Positions 9,138 to 17,884 of a stretch of 42,444 nucleotides of DNA are shown here, in pieces. The stretch lies in IMG/VR virus record IMGVR_UViG_3300028602_000031. One strand, written 5' to 3'. The translations under genes and the position numbers were made by a program. Origin of the DNA: a virus. The stretch's first letter is position 1. Each line of letters opens with the position of its first letter. Under the pieces are notes generated by a model. That model ran no database searches. It saw nothing but the letters and a program-made list of their open reading frames with translations, and had not been told where the DNA came from.

Positions 9138-9593
9138 TTATTCGCCCCGCTTTACCCATTTGTCTTTCTTCCAATCAAAATGATGTTTTGTATCCATCAA
9201 GAATTCTAACCACAAACATTCCATGCTCTTGTTTTTGTACCATTTATAACCTCTCTCTTTTACATATGCAGTGAACTCTATCAGTATAAAAACATTCGAA
9301 GAATCACTTTCTTTTCGTATGGCGAGAGATTGAAGTTGTTTTTGATTTGGAAGAGGTCGCAACGTTTCTAAATTCTCTAAATAGGTATAACCAACTTCTC
9401 CAATGAATTTGGCGTGTATTATTCTGGGGTCACTCCATACATCAAACTCAACTACCATCAGTTCTTTTTCCCTTTTTAGAGAGAATGCTTTATCTCCAGC
9501 TTTCCATTCCCAATTTTCAAAGAAATTAGATGGGAGTGCGAGGATCATCTTTTTATAAAGTTCGTTCATAAAAATCACCAATTTGTTTCCCAA
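9138..9593 (-). CDS. Hypothetical protein
   Basis: 151 aa ORF in the operon; LRPLPNQKQLQ...CLWLEFLM pattern. Confidence 0.6.
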   Translation of the reverse strand: MGNKLVIFMNELYKKMILALPSNFFENWEWKAGDKAFSLKREKELMVVEFDVWSDPRIIHAKFIGEVGYTYLENLETLRPLPNQKQLQSLAIRKESDSSNVFILIEFTAYVKERGYKWYKNKSMECLWLEFLMDTKHHFDWKKDKWVKRGE

Positions 9594-9979
9594 TGAGTTT
9601 TTATTTTCTGATATTTAGGAGACAACTTTTTAATCTTGTGGAACTTCTGATCTCTACACTGAAGATCGAAAAACATATCTTCTGCATTAAACGAGGAAAT
9701 CACTACACTGTGAGTCATCTTTCCTTTTTTATGCATCATTTTTGTAGAATTTGAATTCCATCTGAAAGACGAATAATCAATGGTTTCTACAAATCCATCT
9801 TCGTGTATCTCTTTTATTTCAACTTCAGAAGTGTAACCGTTCTTACCTTTAACTCTAAAGAAATCGCCAATTTTAAAATTGCATTTCTTTTTATTCCACG
9901 ATATGATTTTATTTTCTTTATCGAAGTTTGCAGAGATGTAAGAGTAAGTACCGTTTGGATTTAATCTACAGTTTAACAT
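9575..9979 (-). CDS. Hypothetical protein
   Basis: 134 aa ORF with AGGAG SD. Confidence 0.55.
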   Translation of the reverse strand: MLNCRLNPNGTYSYISANFDKENKIISWNKKKCNFKIGDFFRVKGKNGYTSEVEIKEIHEDGFVETIDYSSFRWNSNSTKMMHKKGKMTHSVVISSFNAEDMFFDLQCRDQKFHKIKKLSPKYQKIKTHWETNW

Positions 9980-10285
9980 TTTACACAGTCTCCTTTTTTG
10001 AGTCTATTTTCCACCTTATTAAATGCAACAAAACAAAGAATGATATCTGAGAATACACAAGAACGGCATTCGTTAGCAGATCCATTTGATACAAAACGTA
10101 AAAAAATACTGCCCATATTAAACAGTATAAAAAGTATGTCTCGTTTTTCATTTTAGAACTCTCCTAAAGTCCTCTCTTTTCTCTTTGAATATCTGAATCT
10201 TCCGAGTGGAACTTCTGCAATTACCTCTCCAAATTCATCTCTGATTTTATCCAACTGTCCAGTTTCTTTCGCATATGCAATTTTA

Positions 10286-10501
10286 TCATTGTATAGGCTC
10301 ATTTTCGTTCCTCCATCTCTCGATCTCTTCTCGAATCGCGTATGGAAGTTGAGCCGTTATATCCCACTTGCTAGACCCATCTTCATGTGGGAAATCTCCA
10401 AAATACATCATGATCCTGTATTTTTCCTGCTTCACCGAAAGTCCATCTATACCCTTTATTAAAGATCTTGCTTCTCTAAGAGTTACCATATTTTTATTCA
10501 C
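10286..10501 (-). CDS. Hypothetical protein
   Basis: 71 aa ORF coupled to its neighbours. Confidence 0.5.
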   Translation of the reverse strand: MNKNMVTLREARSLIKGIDGLSVKQEKYRIMMYFGDFPHEDGSSKWDITAQLPYAIREEIERWRNENEPIQ

Positions 10502-10700
10502 TCTCCTTCTTTAACACAATCATTATTGCCGTACATCCTGCACCTTTCTTTACTTTTGAAAAGACTCCTTCAACGTCAGACAGTTTCCCCACTTGAACCG
10601 TAAGCACTGCGTCAGTAGGGTATTTTAGTAATCCCCCGCTAGAAGGAATTACGATTTCTTTACCAGAATCTAAAAGCATTTCTTTTGATTTACGTTCCAT
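10494..10700 (-). CDS. Hypothetical protein
   Basis: 68 aa ORF; TTATTTATAC TATA box upstream (about 10722-10731, minus strand). Confidence 0.55.
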   Translation of the reverse strand: MERKSKEMLLDSGKEIVIPSSGGLLKYPTDAVLTVQVGKLSDVEGVFSKVKKGAGCTAIMIVLKKESE

Positions 10701-10767
10701 ACCAAGTAATTACGCACCATAGTATAAATAACTTGTGCCGTATAAAGTAAATAAAAAAAGTAAATTG

Positions 10768-10983
10768 TTAAAATTTCTTTCCCGTATATTGCCAATACTG
10801 CACTTCATCGTCAGCTTCTGAGAATTTGGTATTAAGAAATCCTTTGTCTACAAGTGCTTTCAAGGTAGTTGGAAAAACATGCTTAATTTCGCATTCAGTA
10901 AACCATCTTTTTGGATACGATTGATTTAGCTTGAAAATTCTTAACAATGCTGTTTTCTATGCTCTTGACAATCTCCCTTCCAT
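10768..10983 (-). CDS. Small winged-helix-like protein with in-frame TAG at codon 9 (recoded gene or pseudogene)
   Basis: Manual translation MEGRLSRA*KTALLRIFKLNQSYPKRWFTECEIKHVFPTTLKALVDKGFLNTKFSEADDEVQYWQYTGKKF; aligns with 6630-6848; GAGGA SD; absent from the ORF track. Confidence 0.6.
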
Positions 10984-11298
10984 GCAAGATTCCTCTGTTG
11001 AAGGAATTCCGTTGTCATCGTACATCAATTTACGCTTCTGTGTTTCCTTGACATCCCAAACACCAAGACTTCTTAACATCTTCCAGGTAACAATTACTTA
11101 AAAATCGCATTTCGGTTTGGAGAAAGAGTAACACATTTAATATATTTATAATTCAGCATTTTAAAAAAAGTTTATATATTAAGAACAACTTGGTAATATA
11201 AGATCAGTATCACTTTTTCTGAAAAACGGGGCATATATAAAGCGGGACTGAGAAAAAACGGCTCTTGTATGCGAACAAAGAAAAACGGATAAGAAGGA

Positions 11299-11396
11299 GA
11301 GGGAAAGACACCACTCTTTCCCTCAGTCGTCGCTGGACACCACTCCAGCTTAACGGATTTAAACCACCGAATTCGATCTCAATGAGATCTTATTCG
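11299..11396 (+). ncRNA. Structured RNA or leader: two hairpins with identical CACCAC loops plus a third hairpin
   Basis: GAGGGAAAGA-CACCAC-TCTTTCCCTC (11299-11324), GCTGGA-CACCAC-TCCAGC (11332-11349), CGAAT..GATCTC-AAT-GAGATC..ATTCG (11368-11396); TATA-like boxes upstream at about 11170 and about 11232. Confidence 0.5.
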
Positions 11397-11413
11397 ACAA
11401 GAGGTACAATAAC

Positions 11414-11467
11414 ATGCTCACACATGTTCTGTACATTGGTTCTATTGTTAAGTTCTTTTATAAATAA
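11414..11467 (+). CDS. Putative 17 aa hydrophobic small peptide (MLTHVLYIGSIVKFFYK)
   Basis: GAGGT SD at 11401-11405 with an 8 nt spacer, matching other viral start contexts. Confidence 0.3.
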   Translation: MLTHVLYIGSIVKFFYK

Positions 11468-11701
11468 GTTTCCTAATATATCATTAGAGAATCAATAGCC
11501 GTAAAATTTTATAAAAATCACCCGATCATGTTTTTTTCGCACACTGTATTTGAATTGAGTCTGTGTAGAAAAGACAGAACGGTACTTTTTTGAGGAGATA
11601 TTAAGCTTTTTTCGAGAATATTTGTGTTAAGAGATATGCGGAACGTGCCGCGACTCGGTGTAAAAAAGAAGTATATATATTTTACGTAGAAAAAAAAAGG
11701 A

Positions 11702-11965
11702 TTAAGCCTTTTTCGAGGCTCTCCTCATTCCCATGTCAATTTTTGTTACGGAATATCTACCAATTCCAAGTTTTTTTGCAACTTCCTTTCCACCATAAAG
11801 AAAACCCGTTTCCGGATTAATTGTCTGGAGAAGTTTTTTAACCTCATCAACTGTTTTTTGAGAATGTGTATTTGGAGGCTTTGTCCTCATAGAACATTCA
11901 AGCTGAAACGAATTCCAACGTTCTGAGGGTGTACCTCCCTGATGATATGGGCGAATCTCGGTCAT
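11702..11965 (-). CDS. HTH DNA-binding protein
   Basis: YGGKEVAKKLGIGRYSVTKI helix-turn-helix; start re-called to ATG 11965. Confidence 0.6.
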   Translation of the reverse strand: MTEIRPYHQGGTPSERWNSFQLECSMRTKPPNTHSQKTVDEVKKLLQTINPETGFLYGGKEVAKKLGIGRYSVTKIDMGMRRASKKA

Positions 11966-11969
11966 GTGA

Positions 11970-12185
11970 TCACACGATACAGTTGACTTCTGCTTCTTCT
12001 TTGTCGAGAGGATTGAACACAGAATACTGAAGCCCATCTTCAAAGCATTCTGGAAACTTTGACTTGAAATTTATGTAACCTATCGCAGACTGTCCATATG
12101 ATTGTTTATGCGTAGAGTAATACCTTTCCTGCGGTATTGATTTTGGAGGCAGTTCTTCTACAAAAAAAGAGGAAGAGGAGGACAT
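11970..12185 (-). CDS. Hypothetical protein
   Basis: 71 aa ORF directly downstream of the gp3-like gene. Confidence 0.45.
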   Translation of the reverse strand: MSSSSSFFVEELPPKSIPQERYYSTHKQSYGQSAIGYINFKSKFPECFEDGLQYSVFNPLDKEEAEVNCIV

Positions 12186-12187
12186 CG

Positions 12188-13408
12188 TTAAGCCTCCGGA
12201 TAGAAAGTTTCTTGGATGTCCTTCATTTCGTCTGGAGTCTCGGGTAAGGACAAAGAAGCCTCCATCAAACGTTCCATAGCTTTTACAGGATCAGCACCGT
12301 TCCTCGAAGCGAGTAGTTTCTGGACATTGGCTTTGAGATCCCTGTACCCACCACGATATTCAAGATTGGCTATATAATATGTTTTCTTAGTGCCCCTCTG
12401 TGGACCGGATGGAATTGTTTTTTCAAGTGGTGATAATGTAAGCCATAACGGAAGTTCTGCAACGTGACCACTTGCATATCCTGTAAGAAGAGATACAGCA
12501 GCATCAAGATAACTGATTGAACTATTGCTCGTTGTCCTGAATTTCCATATTACTCCACATCTGGGGGCATCTTCGAGAATTACTGACAGAACGCCGTGTT
12601 TTTTACATTCGCCTTTTAGGTAATGTTCGCATCTTTCACCATTGCATTCAATCAGATCACCTTCAAATGTCTCTGCTGAAAACCCATCTCCTCTACATTC
12701 ACACTTTGAAGCTTTGTACTTCCCATAGAATGATACAAAATTCAGATCTTCCCTATCACATGGGAGTCTAACCTTCAGACGTTTTGGTTCAGGACCAACA
12801 ACATTGTGGATTTCCTGGTCAAGTTCATACCCTAACTTATTTTTTGCCTTGGTTGTTATTCTGAAATATTCAGTAGCTCTCGGAAGAACTTTCCCATTCT
12901 TCTCGTATTTTTCCCCTGCTCGGATAGTGCCAACTTCCATAAGTTCAGGCTTTAAGTTTTTGATCCTGCGCCCTGGTCTTGGGAGAGGAACTTTCTTTTG
13001 TTCTCCTACTTCTTCATATGCGATTTCTCTGATTTCTGAATAATCATACTCGTCAGAGAATACATTTACTTCTTCCGGAACATCTTCAATTTCTTCCTTT
13101 ATTTTGTTGTAGCCACCCTTTTTAAACCCGTTATGGGGTTCTTCAACCTGATCAAAATCAAGCACGTCGAGGGTTGCTTTCCTGTAAGCGGCTATAAACT
13201 TATCGGCTGATGATTTCGCATGAACGTCTACGGAAGTGTCTTCAAGGGAGATCCTACGTTCTCCGTTCAGGAAGAACCATTCTTCGGGCTTCGTGTCAGT
13301 GTTTATTTCAAGTTCAAAGCCATGTCCAGCAGGCATTATAGATATATTTGCGTCATTTGTGTCTTTGATATTCCAATCTTTTTTAAGGGTTTCAATTATT
13401 CCTGTCAT
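12188..13408 (-). CDS. phiC31 gp3-like (recombination directionality factor-like) protein with acidic N-terminal extension
   Basis: VGTIRAGEKYEKNGKVLPRATEYFRITT, CRGDG, WKFRTTS and SGPQRGTKKTYY match my recollection of the gp3-like family; ATG 13408 follows GAGGT. Confidence 0.6.
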   Translation of the reverse strand: MTGIIETLKKDWNIKDTNDANISIMPAGHGFELEINTDTKPEEWFFLNGERRISLEDTSVDVHAKSSADKFIAAYRKATLDVLDFDQVEEPHNGFKKGGYNKIKEEIEDVPEEVNVFSDEYDYSEIREIAYEEVGEQKKVPLPRPGRRIKNLKPELMEVGTIRAGEKYEKNGKVLPRATEYFRITTKAKNKLGYELDQEIHNVVGPEPKRLKVRLPCDREDLNFVSFYGKYKASKCECRGDGFSAETFEGDLIECNGERCEHYLKGECKKHGVLSVILEDAPRCGVIWKFRTTSNSSISYLDAAVSLLTGYASGHVAELPLWLTLSPLEKTIPSGPQRGTKKTYYIANLEYRGGYRDLKANVQKLLASRNGADPVKAMERLMEASLSLPETPDEMKDIQETFYPEA

Positions 13409-13464
13409 GTTTTCATACCTCTTGGTGTGTGGTTTTATAAAAATTAAATGAGTGTTATAATATT

Positions 13465-15060
13465 TCAATCCCATCTATCCAATACGTAATTCTGTATTCC
13501 GAACTCTGTATATACTTTCACTCTTGCATTCCAGTTAAGCCCGCCCTGTAGCCTTATACCACATGCACTGGCTTCTTCGTATCCGAATATTTCAGCACTT
13601 CTCGAATATGCCTCTATAGTAGATCTAATTTCCCTAAGTTCGGACTTCAGAATCTCAGGGAACAGGGAATTTCCACATAATTTATATTCTCGGTCTTTCG
13701 CGCCTTCCAGCAGGAAGAATACTGCTTTTCCGTGATGTTCGAAACCATCTGACCACATCGACGGTTCGTGGCAGATACCAGTGACCTTACAAAGACCGGT
13801 GTCAAGATTCCACTGGTTCGCGGTAGAATCCTCTTGATACACGTAATGCGAAAACGGATTACGTTTTTCTGTGACATCCCACTGAATTATAGGAGGAGCA
13901 TCGTAATTATTTGCTGTTAAAATTGCAGAGAATCCGTCTTTGAAATTCACGGAATATTCTATGCTCTTTGCAGTTGGTAGAACTGTATCGGAGAATTTTT
14001 TCCATGTAATCTTCACAGCAGGAGTTTCCATCTTTGGGATTTCTTTATTATCCTTTGCTTTCAGATGAGAGAACACTCCAGATTCTTCACGCGGAGCTTC
14101 TTCTTCGGGTTTCCAGATTAATTTTACTTCTTCTATCCTGGCAAACCTCCTATCAAGAGACTGCTCGATCCCTAACTTCTTAACTATCTCTTCTGCCCTT
14201 TTGATGTTGCCTGTAGTTGGAGCAGCTTGTGGTCTTTGATACTGAACTGGGTTCATTTTTTCAGAGAATCTTTTACAAACTGTTTCAAAAGGTATTCCAG
14301 CGACTATATCATCTAAGAGTGTTCCTATCATGGTACTTTTAATATGGCAAAATCCAGGTGGAGCAGTGGCGACAGCTTTCCAAACAATGTTATCCTTTAG
14401 TTTCTTATTAGCTGTCAAATTCCTTGCTCTATGGAGTTCCAGAAGCCACGAAGCAACACCAAGAACCTTTTCAGATCTATAGAGAGCTTCAGTGTTCAGG
14501 AGATTGTAAGCCTGCTCCACTGCTTCGATTGGATACTCTATGATTCCGGACATCAATATGGGGAAATCTGTTTTCTTTTCAGCTATGACAGCATTAAGGC
14601 TGTTCACTTTTTCAATGAAAAGTCTGTTTGATGGAAGTTCTATAGATAAATGAGTCCACTCGCCTGTAACCGGAGTTCCGAGCACTGCATCTATTGACAT
14701 GAAGACTCCGTTTACCTTAGCTGATTCTACAGCCTTTTTCATTGAAAGTATAGAACGCTTGAAGAAAGTAGGAACTTCTTCGCTCCATATCGCAGAAGTC
14801 GTTATGCCTGTATCGGAGATTGTGACTAAACCACCGTACCGCTCTATAAAGTGTCTGCAAGCAGTACATGTATAGTGTTGTCTCGCTTCTTCAGGGAGGT
14901 TATTAAGATATGAATCATAAAGTCCTGATACATCTGTTGTAAACAAGGGTTCGTTGTTCTCAATTGCTTTTTTGAATGTGTTTTTTACACATTGCTCAAA
15001 TTTAGGATAGTTATCGTTGTCACTGTTGTATACAGTTGCAGATATTGTTTTCATTTTCAC
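13465..15060 (-). CDS. Large conserved phage protein of unknown function
   Basis: 531 aa; LFTTD...RQHYTCTACRHFIERYGGLV and RRFARIEEV motifs recalled from bacterial phage hypothetical proteins. Confidence 0.6.
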   Translation of the reverse strand: MKMKTISATVYNSDNDNYPKFEQCVKNTFKKAIENNEPLFTTDVSGLYDSYLNNLPEEARQHYTCTACRHFIERYGGLVTISDTGITTSAIWSEEVPTFFKRSILSMKKAVESAKVNGVFMSIDAVLGTPVTGEWTHLSIELPSNRLFIEKVNSLNAVIAEKKTDFPILMSGIIEYPIEAVEQAYNLLNTEALYRSEKVLGVASWLLELHRARNLTANKKLKDNIVWKAVATAPPGFCHIKSTMIGTLLDDIVAGIPFETVCKRFSEKMNPVQYQRPQAAPTTGNIKRAEEIVKKLGIEQSLDRRFARIEEVKLIWKPEEEAPREESGVFSHLKAKDNKEIPKMETPAVKITWKKFSDTVLPTAKSIEYSVNFKDGFSAILTANNYDAPPIIQWDVTEKRNPFSHYVYQEDSTANQWNLDTGLCKVTGICHEPSMWSDGFEHHGKAVFFLLEGAKDREYKLCGNSLFPEILKSELREIRSTIEAYSRSAEIFGYEEASACGIRLQGGLNWNARVKVYTEFGIQNYVLDRWD

Positions 15061-15434
15061 GCCTCAGATTGGTATAGTACCCTACCCTGGCAAAAATCAC
15101 GTATAAACTGTCGATTCAGTGCTCTCAATCTCACTTCTTCAACCATTTGAACTTCGATCTTATCCCATAGCTCATCTTCAACTTTCATATAACATATATC
15201 TTCGGACAATCTTTTCTTTGCTTCTATTTTTCGTTTATCGGCATTAGATAGCTTTGGATTCTTCTTGTCTTCTTCATACTCATTTTCTACAACGAGAAAC
15301 ATCTCATCCTTTTTATCTGCAATGATCTCTTCAAGCACCCGTATACTAAGTTTTCTTTTTTCAACGGAGTATTCCAGAGATTCAATTTCATCAATCGGAT
15401 TATTTATTATCTCATTTTCAATTTCTTCTTGCAT
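15057..15434 (-). CDS. Coiled-coil hypothetical protein
   Basis: E/K-rich helical ORF; start re-called to ATG 15434. Confidence 0.6.
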   Translation of the reverse strand: MQEEIENEIINNPIDEIESLEYSVEKRKLSIRVLEEIIADKKDEMFLVVENEYEEDKKNPKLSNADKRKIEAKKRLSEDICYMKVEDELWDKIEVQMVEEVRLRALNRQFIRDFCQGRVLYQSEA

Positions 15435-15438
15435 GATG

Positions 15439-15612
15439 TTACTTCCTATATTCAAGTCTCAGTTTATCCACATAATTTATCTTTTCAGAAATAATATCTC
15501 TCTCAAAAGGAGATACACTGTCCTGCAATTTTTCAAGAAGATCAGCTTTGGTATTTATTAGATGTATCCATATAGCATACTTCGCTGAAAACTCGCAGGA
15601 GTAATACATCAT
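15439..15612 (-). CDS. Hypothetical protein
   Basis: ATG overlaps the upstream TGA; AGGAG SD. Confidence 0.5.
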   Translation of the reverse strand: MMYYSCEFSAKYAIWIHLINTKADLLEKLQDSVSPFERDIISEKINYVDKLRLEYRK

Positions 15613-15824
15613 TCTTCTCCTACGAAGAAAGCTCTGCCACTCGATAGCATATGAAACCACGTTCTCGAAGCGGCTATTAACGGAATGTCTTTTTTTGTTG
15701 CTTTTTTGTAAGAGCAGGTTGTGTATTTTAAATCTTCAGTGAGGAGTGGGATCTTGGAAAAATCCTCAATATAGAGGTTCCCACTATTTATCAGATTCAA
15801 CATGACGTTGAAACTTCGCCTCAT
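15609..15824 (-). CDS. Hypothetical protein
   Basis: 71 aa ORF with GAGGGTG SD. Confidence 0.5.
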   Translation of the reverse strand: MRRSFNVMLNLINSGNLYIEDFSKIPLLTEDLKYTTCSYKKATKKDIPLIAASRTWFHMLSSGRAFFVGEE

Positions 15825-15839
15825 AGCGTAGTCACCCTC

Positions 15840-16025
15840 TCATGCTTTTGCTTTCCTGGATAATTCTATCATCTCCAGATACAATTCTGATTTTTCATAT
15901 CGAAGGCAGAGAGGCAGTTTAGGACCAAAGTTAATGTCATACATAATAGAGCATGAGCCACACGGTACATCATTACAGTTTCCAATTGGAAGAATGAAAG
16001 TACCAATTACAGGAAGGAGTATCAT
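15840..16025 (-). CDS. Cys-containing hypothetical protein
   Basis: 61 aa ORF with AGGTG SD. Confidence 0.5.
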   Translation of the reverse strand: MILLPVIGTFILPIGNCNDVPCGSCSIMYDINFGPKLPLCLRYEKSELYLEMIELSRKAKA

Positions 16026-16134
16026 GCTCTCACCTTTAGAAAATGTAGAAAATCTACAGCGTCAAGGATATTTCCAAGTTCTCTAAATGAAAATCTTCCA
16101 GTAATTATTTTGGAGCGAAGAATTCTTTCAGAAT

Positions 16135-16404
16135 TCATGCAATTATTCCCTCCATATCTACTATAGGAGAGAGGGCGGCGTTCTTCGGTTCAAAAGTAGC
16201 ATAAACTGTTTTTGTATAGTGATTCAGAATGTAGTCGATGTCAGAGCTTTCTGCCAGCCGGTCAGTATAGTTATTGGAGAAAATAAGTATATTCCTATCA
16301 TCTGCACCAACAGGGCTTTCTTTTCCTGCGAATTCTGCAAGATAGATTAGTTTGTTTTCAATCAGTTCAGAAATGTTTTCTGGAGTTATTGTAATTGTAT
16401 TCAT
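16135..16404 (-). CDS. Hypothetical protein, first gene of the leftward unit
   Basis: Leader ACCACACAAGAGGTATGAAAACATG; TATA box at about 16480-16489 (minus strand). Confidence 0.65.
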   Translation of the reverse strand: MNTITITPENISELIENKLIYLAEFAGKESPVGADDRNILIFSNNYTDRLAESSDIDYILNHYTKTVYATFEPKNAALSPIVDMEGIIA

Positions 16405-16479
16405 GTTTTCATACCTCTTGTGTGGTTCGTTTTGGTGTATCCGTTTTTCTTAGTGTAAGTAAGTATACACATCTAATCT

Positions 16480-16540
16480 ATTTAAAACTTTCCGCTCACA
16501 CACTCACTGAGTAAATCACTCAGGTAAATTTAAATACATT
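16480..16540. promoter_or_regulatory. Divergent promoter pair with central palindrome
   Basis: Leftward TTTTAAATA (16480-16488), rightward TTTAAATA (16529-16536), palindrome ACTCA-C-TGAGT (16502-16512) and a related CACTCAGGTAAAT copy. Confidence 0.55.
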
Positions 16541-16550
16541 GACTGCGTAC

Positions 16551-16724
16551 ATGATAACACACGAGGATTATAAAATGAAATCATTATATGAACGGTTTAC
16601 AGATGAAGAATTTGAAACAATGCAGGAGTTAAAAAATGCTTCTGGGTTAGGTTGGCATGATTTCTTATTAGTGTCAACAGGAGCAGTTAAAAAACGCGAT
16701 TTGAAAAAGAAGAGGGGAGAATGA
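16551..16724 (+). CDS. Small RHH-like DNA-binding protein
   Basis: RFTDEEFETMQELKNASGLGWHDFLL resembles small archaeal ribbon-helix-helix regulators; first gene after the divergent promoter. Confidence 0.45.
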   Translation: MITHEDYKMKSLYERFTDEEFETMQELKNASGLGWHDFLLVSTGAVKKRDLKKKRGE

Positions 16725-16812
16725 ACTAACAATACAAAGGAGAATGTATTTACAAGAATTGTCCTATAAAGACTTATATTTAAGAAAACACCACACACCA
16801 AGAGGTACATAC

Positions 16813-16950
16813 ATGAACACCACAAGAGTAGAACCTTTTTTCAAAGAAGTTGCTCACAGAGCAGTAGTGAATTATCACAGGTTCCCATCATATTTTAACA
16901 CTGATTCTTTTGAAGGGAACTTACAGATGCTTGTTTGTGAGGCGGTATAA
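16813..16950 (+). CDS. Hypothetical protein
   Basis: ATG 16813 follows the CACCACACACCAAGAGGT leader. Confidence 0.5.
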   Translation: MNTTRVEPFFKEVAHRAVVNYHRFPSYFNTDSFEGNLQMLVCEAV

Positions 16951-17117
16951 TGCCAGCAGAGCAAGAAGACTTTTGGAGTATATCACCGAGGATATGCGAT
17001 TTTCTCAAAGATAATAGATGTACTCACAAGGAAGAATTCTCAGGGGAAAAATCTCTTTCCAAAAATTACGGGAATCAGTGCGGAATAAGTACCTGCCCAT
17101 TCGAGAAGGGATTCTGA
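16950..17117 (+). CDS. Small Cys-containing hypothetical protein (not in ORF track)
   Basis: MPAEQEDFWSISPRICDF...STCPFEKGF; TAATG and TGATG overlaps at both ends. Confidence 0.5.
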   Translation: MPAEQEDFWSISPRICDFLKDNRCTHKEEFSGEKSLSKNYGNQCGISTCPFEKGF

Positions 17118-17452
17118 TGGACGCAAAAGAGCAACATGCGTTTCTCACGAAAGAACAAGTGCGGGAAACGGAGAAGATTCAGGCATATGCGGATGAAAAA
17201 TTCGGAGAAGGAAAATACAAAGTTTTTCCTGCAAACCTGTTTAAAAAAGAAGTTGATCATTTCGCAGAGAATGTTCTGGAGTATGTAATAGATAGAGCGT
17301 CCAATGATAGTGAAATGAAGCACCAGAGAGTTCTTGGAGAAAAGGGATGCCTCTATAGATTGGAAATACTGGACGATCTAAGCAATCATAAAATATGGGA
17401 TCGTGCGGAGAAACAGGCAAGGAAAATCAAGAGGGAGAATGCACACTCTTAA
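17117..17452 (+). CDS. Hypothetical protein
   Basis: Start re-called to ATG 17117 (TGATG overlap). Confidence 0.6.
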   Translation: MDAKEQHAFLTKEQVRETEKIQAYADEKFGEGKYKVFPANLFKKEVDHFAENVLEYVIDRASNDSEMKHQRVLGEKGCLYRLEILDDLSNHKIWDRAEKQARKIKRENAHS

Positions 17453-17711
17453 ATCACTTCAGGAAATGGCTCTCGAAATGGCTACGATTAGAGGCTTTTC
17501 TAAGGACTCCCTTAAAGACAAATGCCTTGTCCTGATGGAAGAGGTAGGAGAAATTGCAAGAGCTATTCTGAGAGGGCGAGGCGATCCTAGAAAGGAAATT
17601 GTTGACGTTCTCGCAGTCTGTCTACTTATTGCTTATTTGTTAGGCATGGACGGTGATGAACTTGAAAAAGAGTTCATTGAAAAAGTTGAAAACGATAAAC
17701 TGAGGGTTTAA
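17439..17711 (+). CDS. mazG: MazG-like nucleotide pyrophosphohydrolase
   Basis: LMEEVGEIARAI...EIVDVL (ExxE...ExxD) all-alpha NTP-PPase motif. Confidence 0.8.
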   Translation: MHTLKSLQEMALEMATIRGFSKDSLKDKCLVLMEEVGEIARAILRGRGDPRKEIVDVLAVCLLIAYLLGMDGDELEKEFIEKVENDKLRV

Positions 17712-17712
17712 A

Positions 17713-17880
17713 ATGGTAGACAAATCAATTTTTTACGCCACTGTAAATAATGTCCCACCGGAACTGGAAGAACAAACCAATGACCTAGATAAATTAATTG
17801 ACGAATGCAGAAAATACATGAAAGAATGGGGAGTATCCTCCGGAACACTGCTATCAGATCTTGATTTAATATTGGAGTAA
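17713..17880 (+). CDS. Hypothetical protein (not in ORF track)
   Basis: 55 aa MVDKSIFYATVNNVPPELEE...; exactly fills the gap between mazG and the FTR gene. Confidence 0.55.
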   Translation: MVDKSIFYATVNNVPPELEEQTNDLDKLIDECRKYMKEWGVSSGTLLSDLDLILE

Positions 17881-17884
17881 TAAT

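Noticed and set aside
16022-16137. In-frame continuation past the TGA of 16135-16404 (ILKEFFAPK...)
   Set aside because: More simply a small downstream gene with a one-base slip or an ATT start; no SECIS-like or other support for TGA recoding
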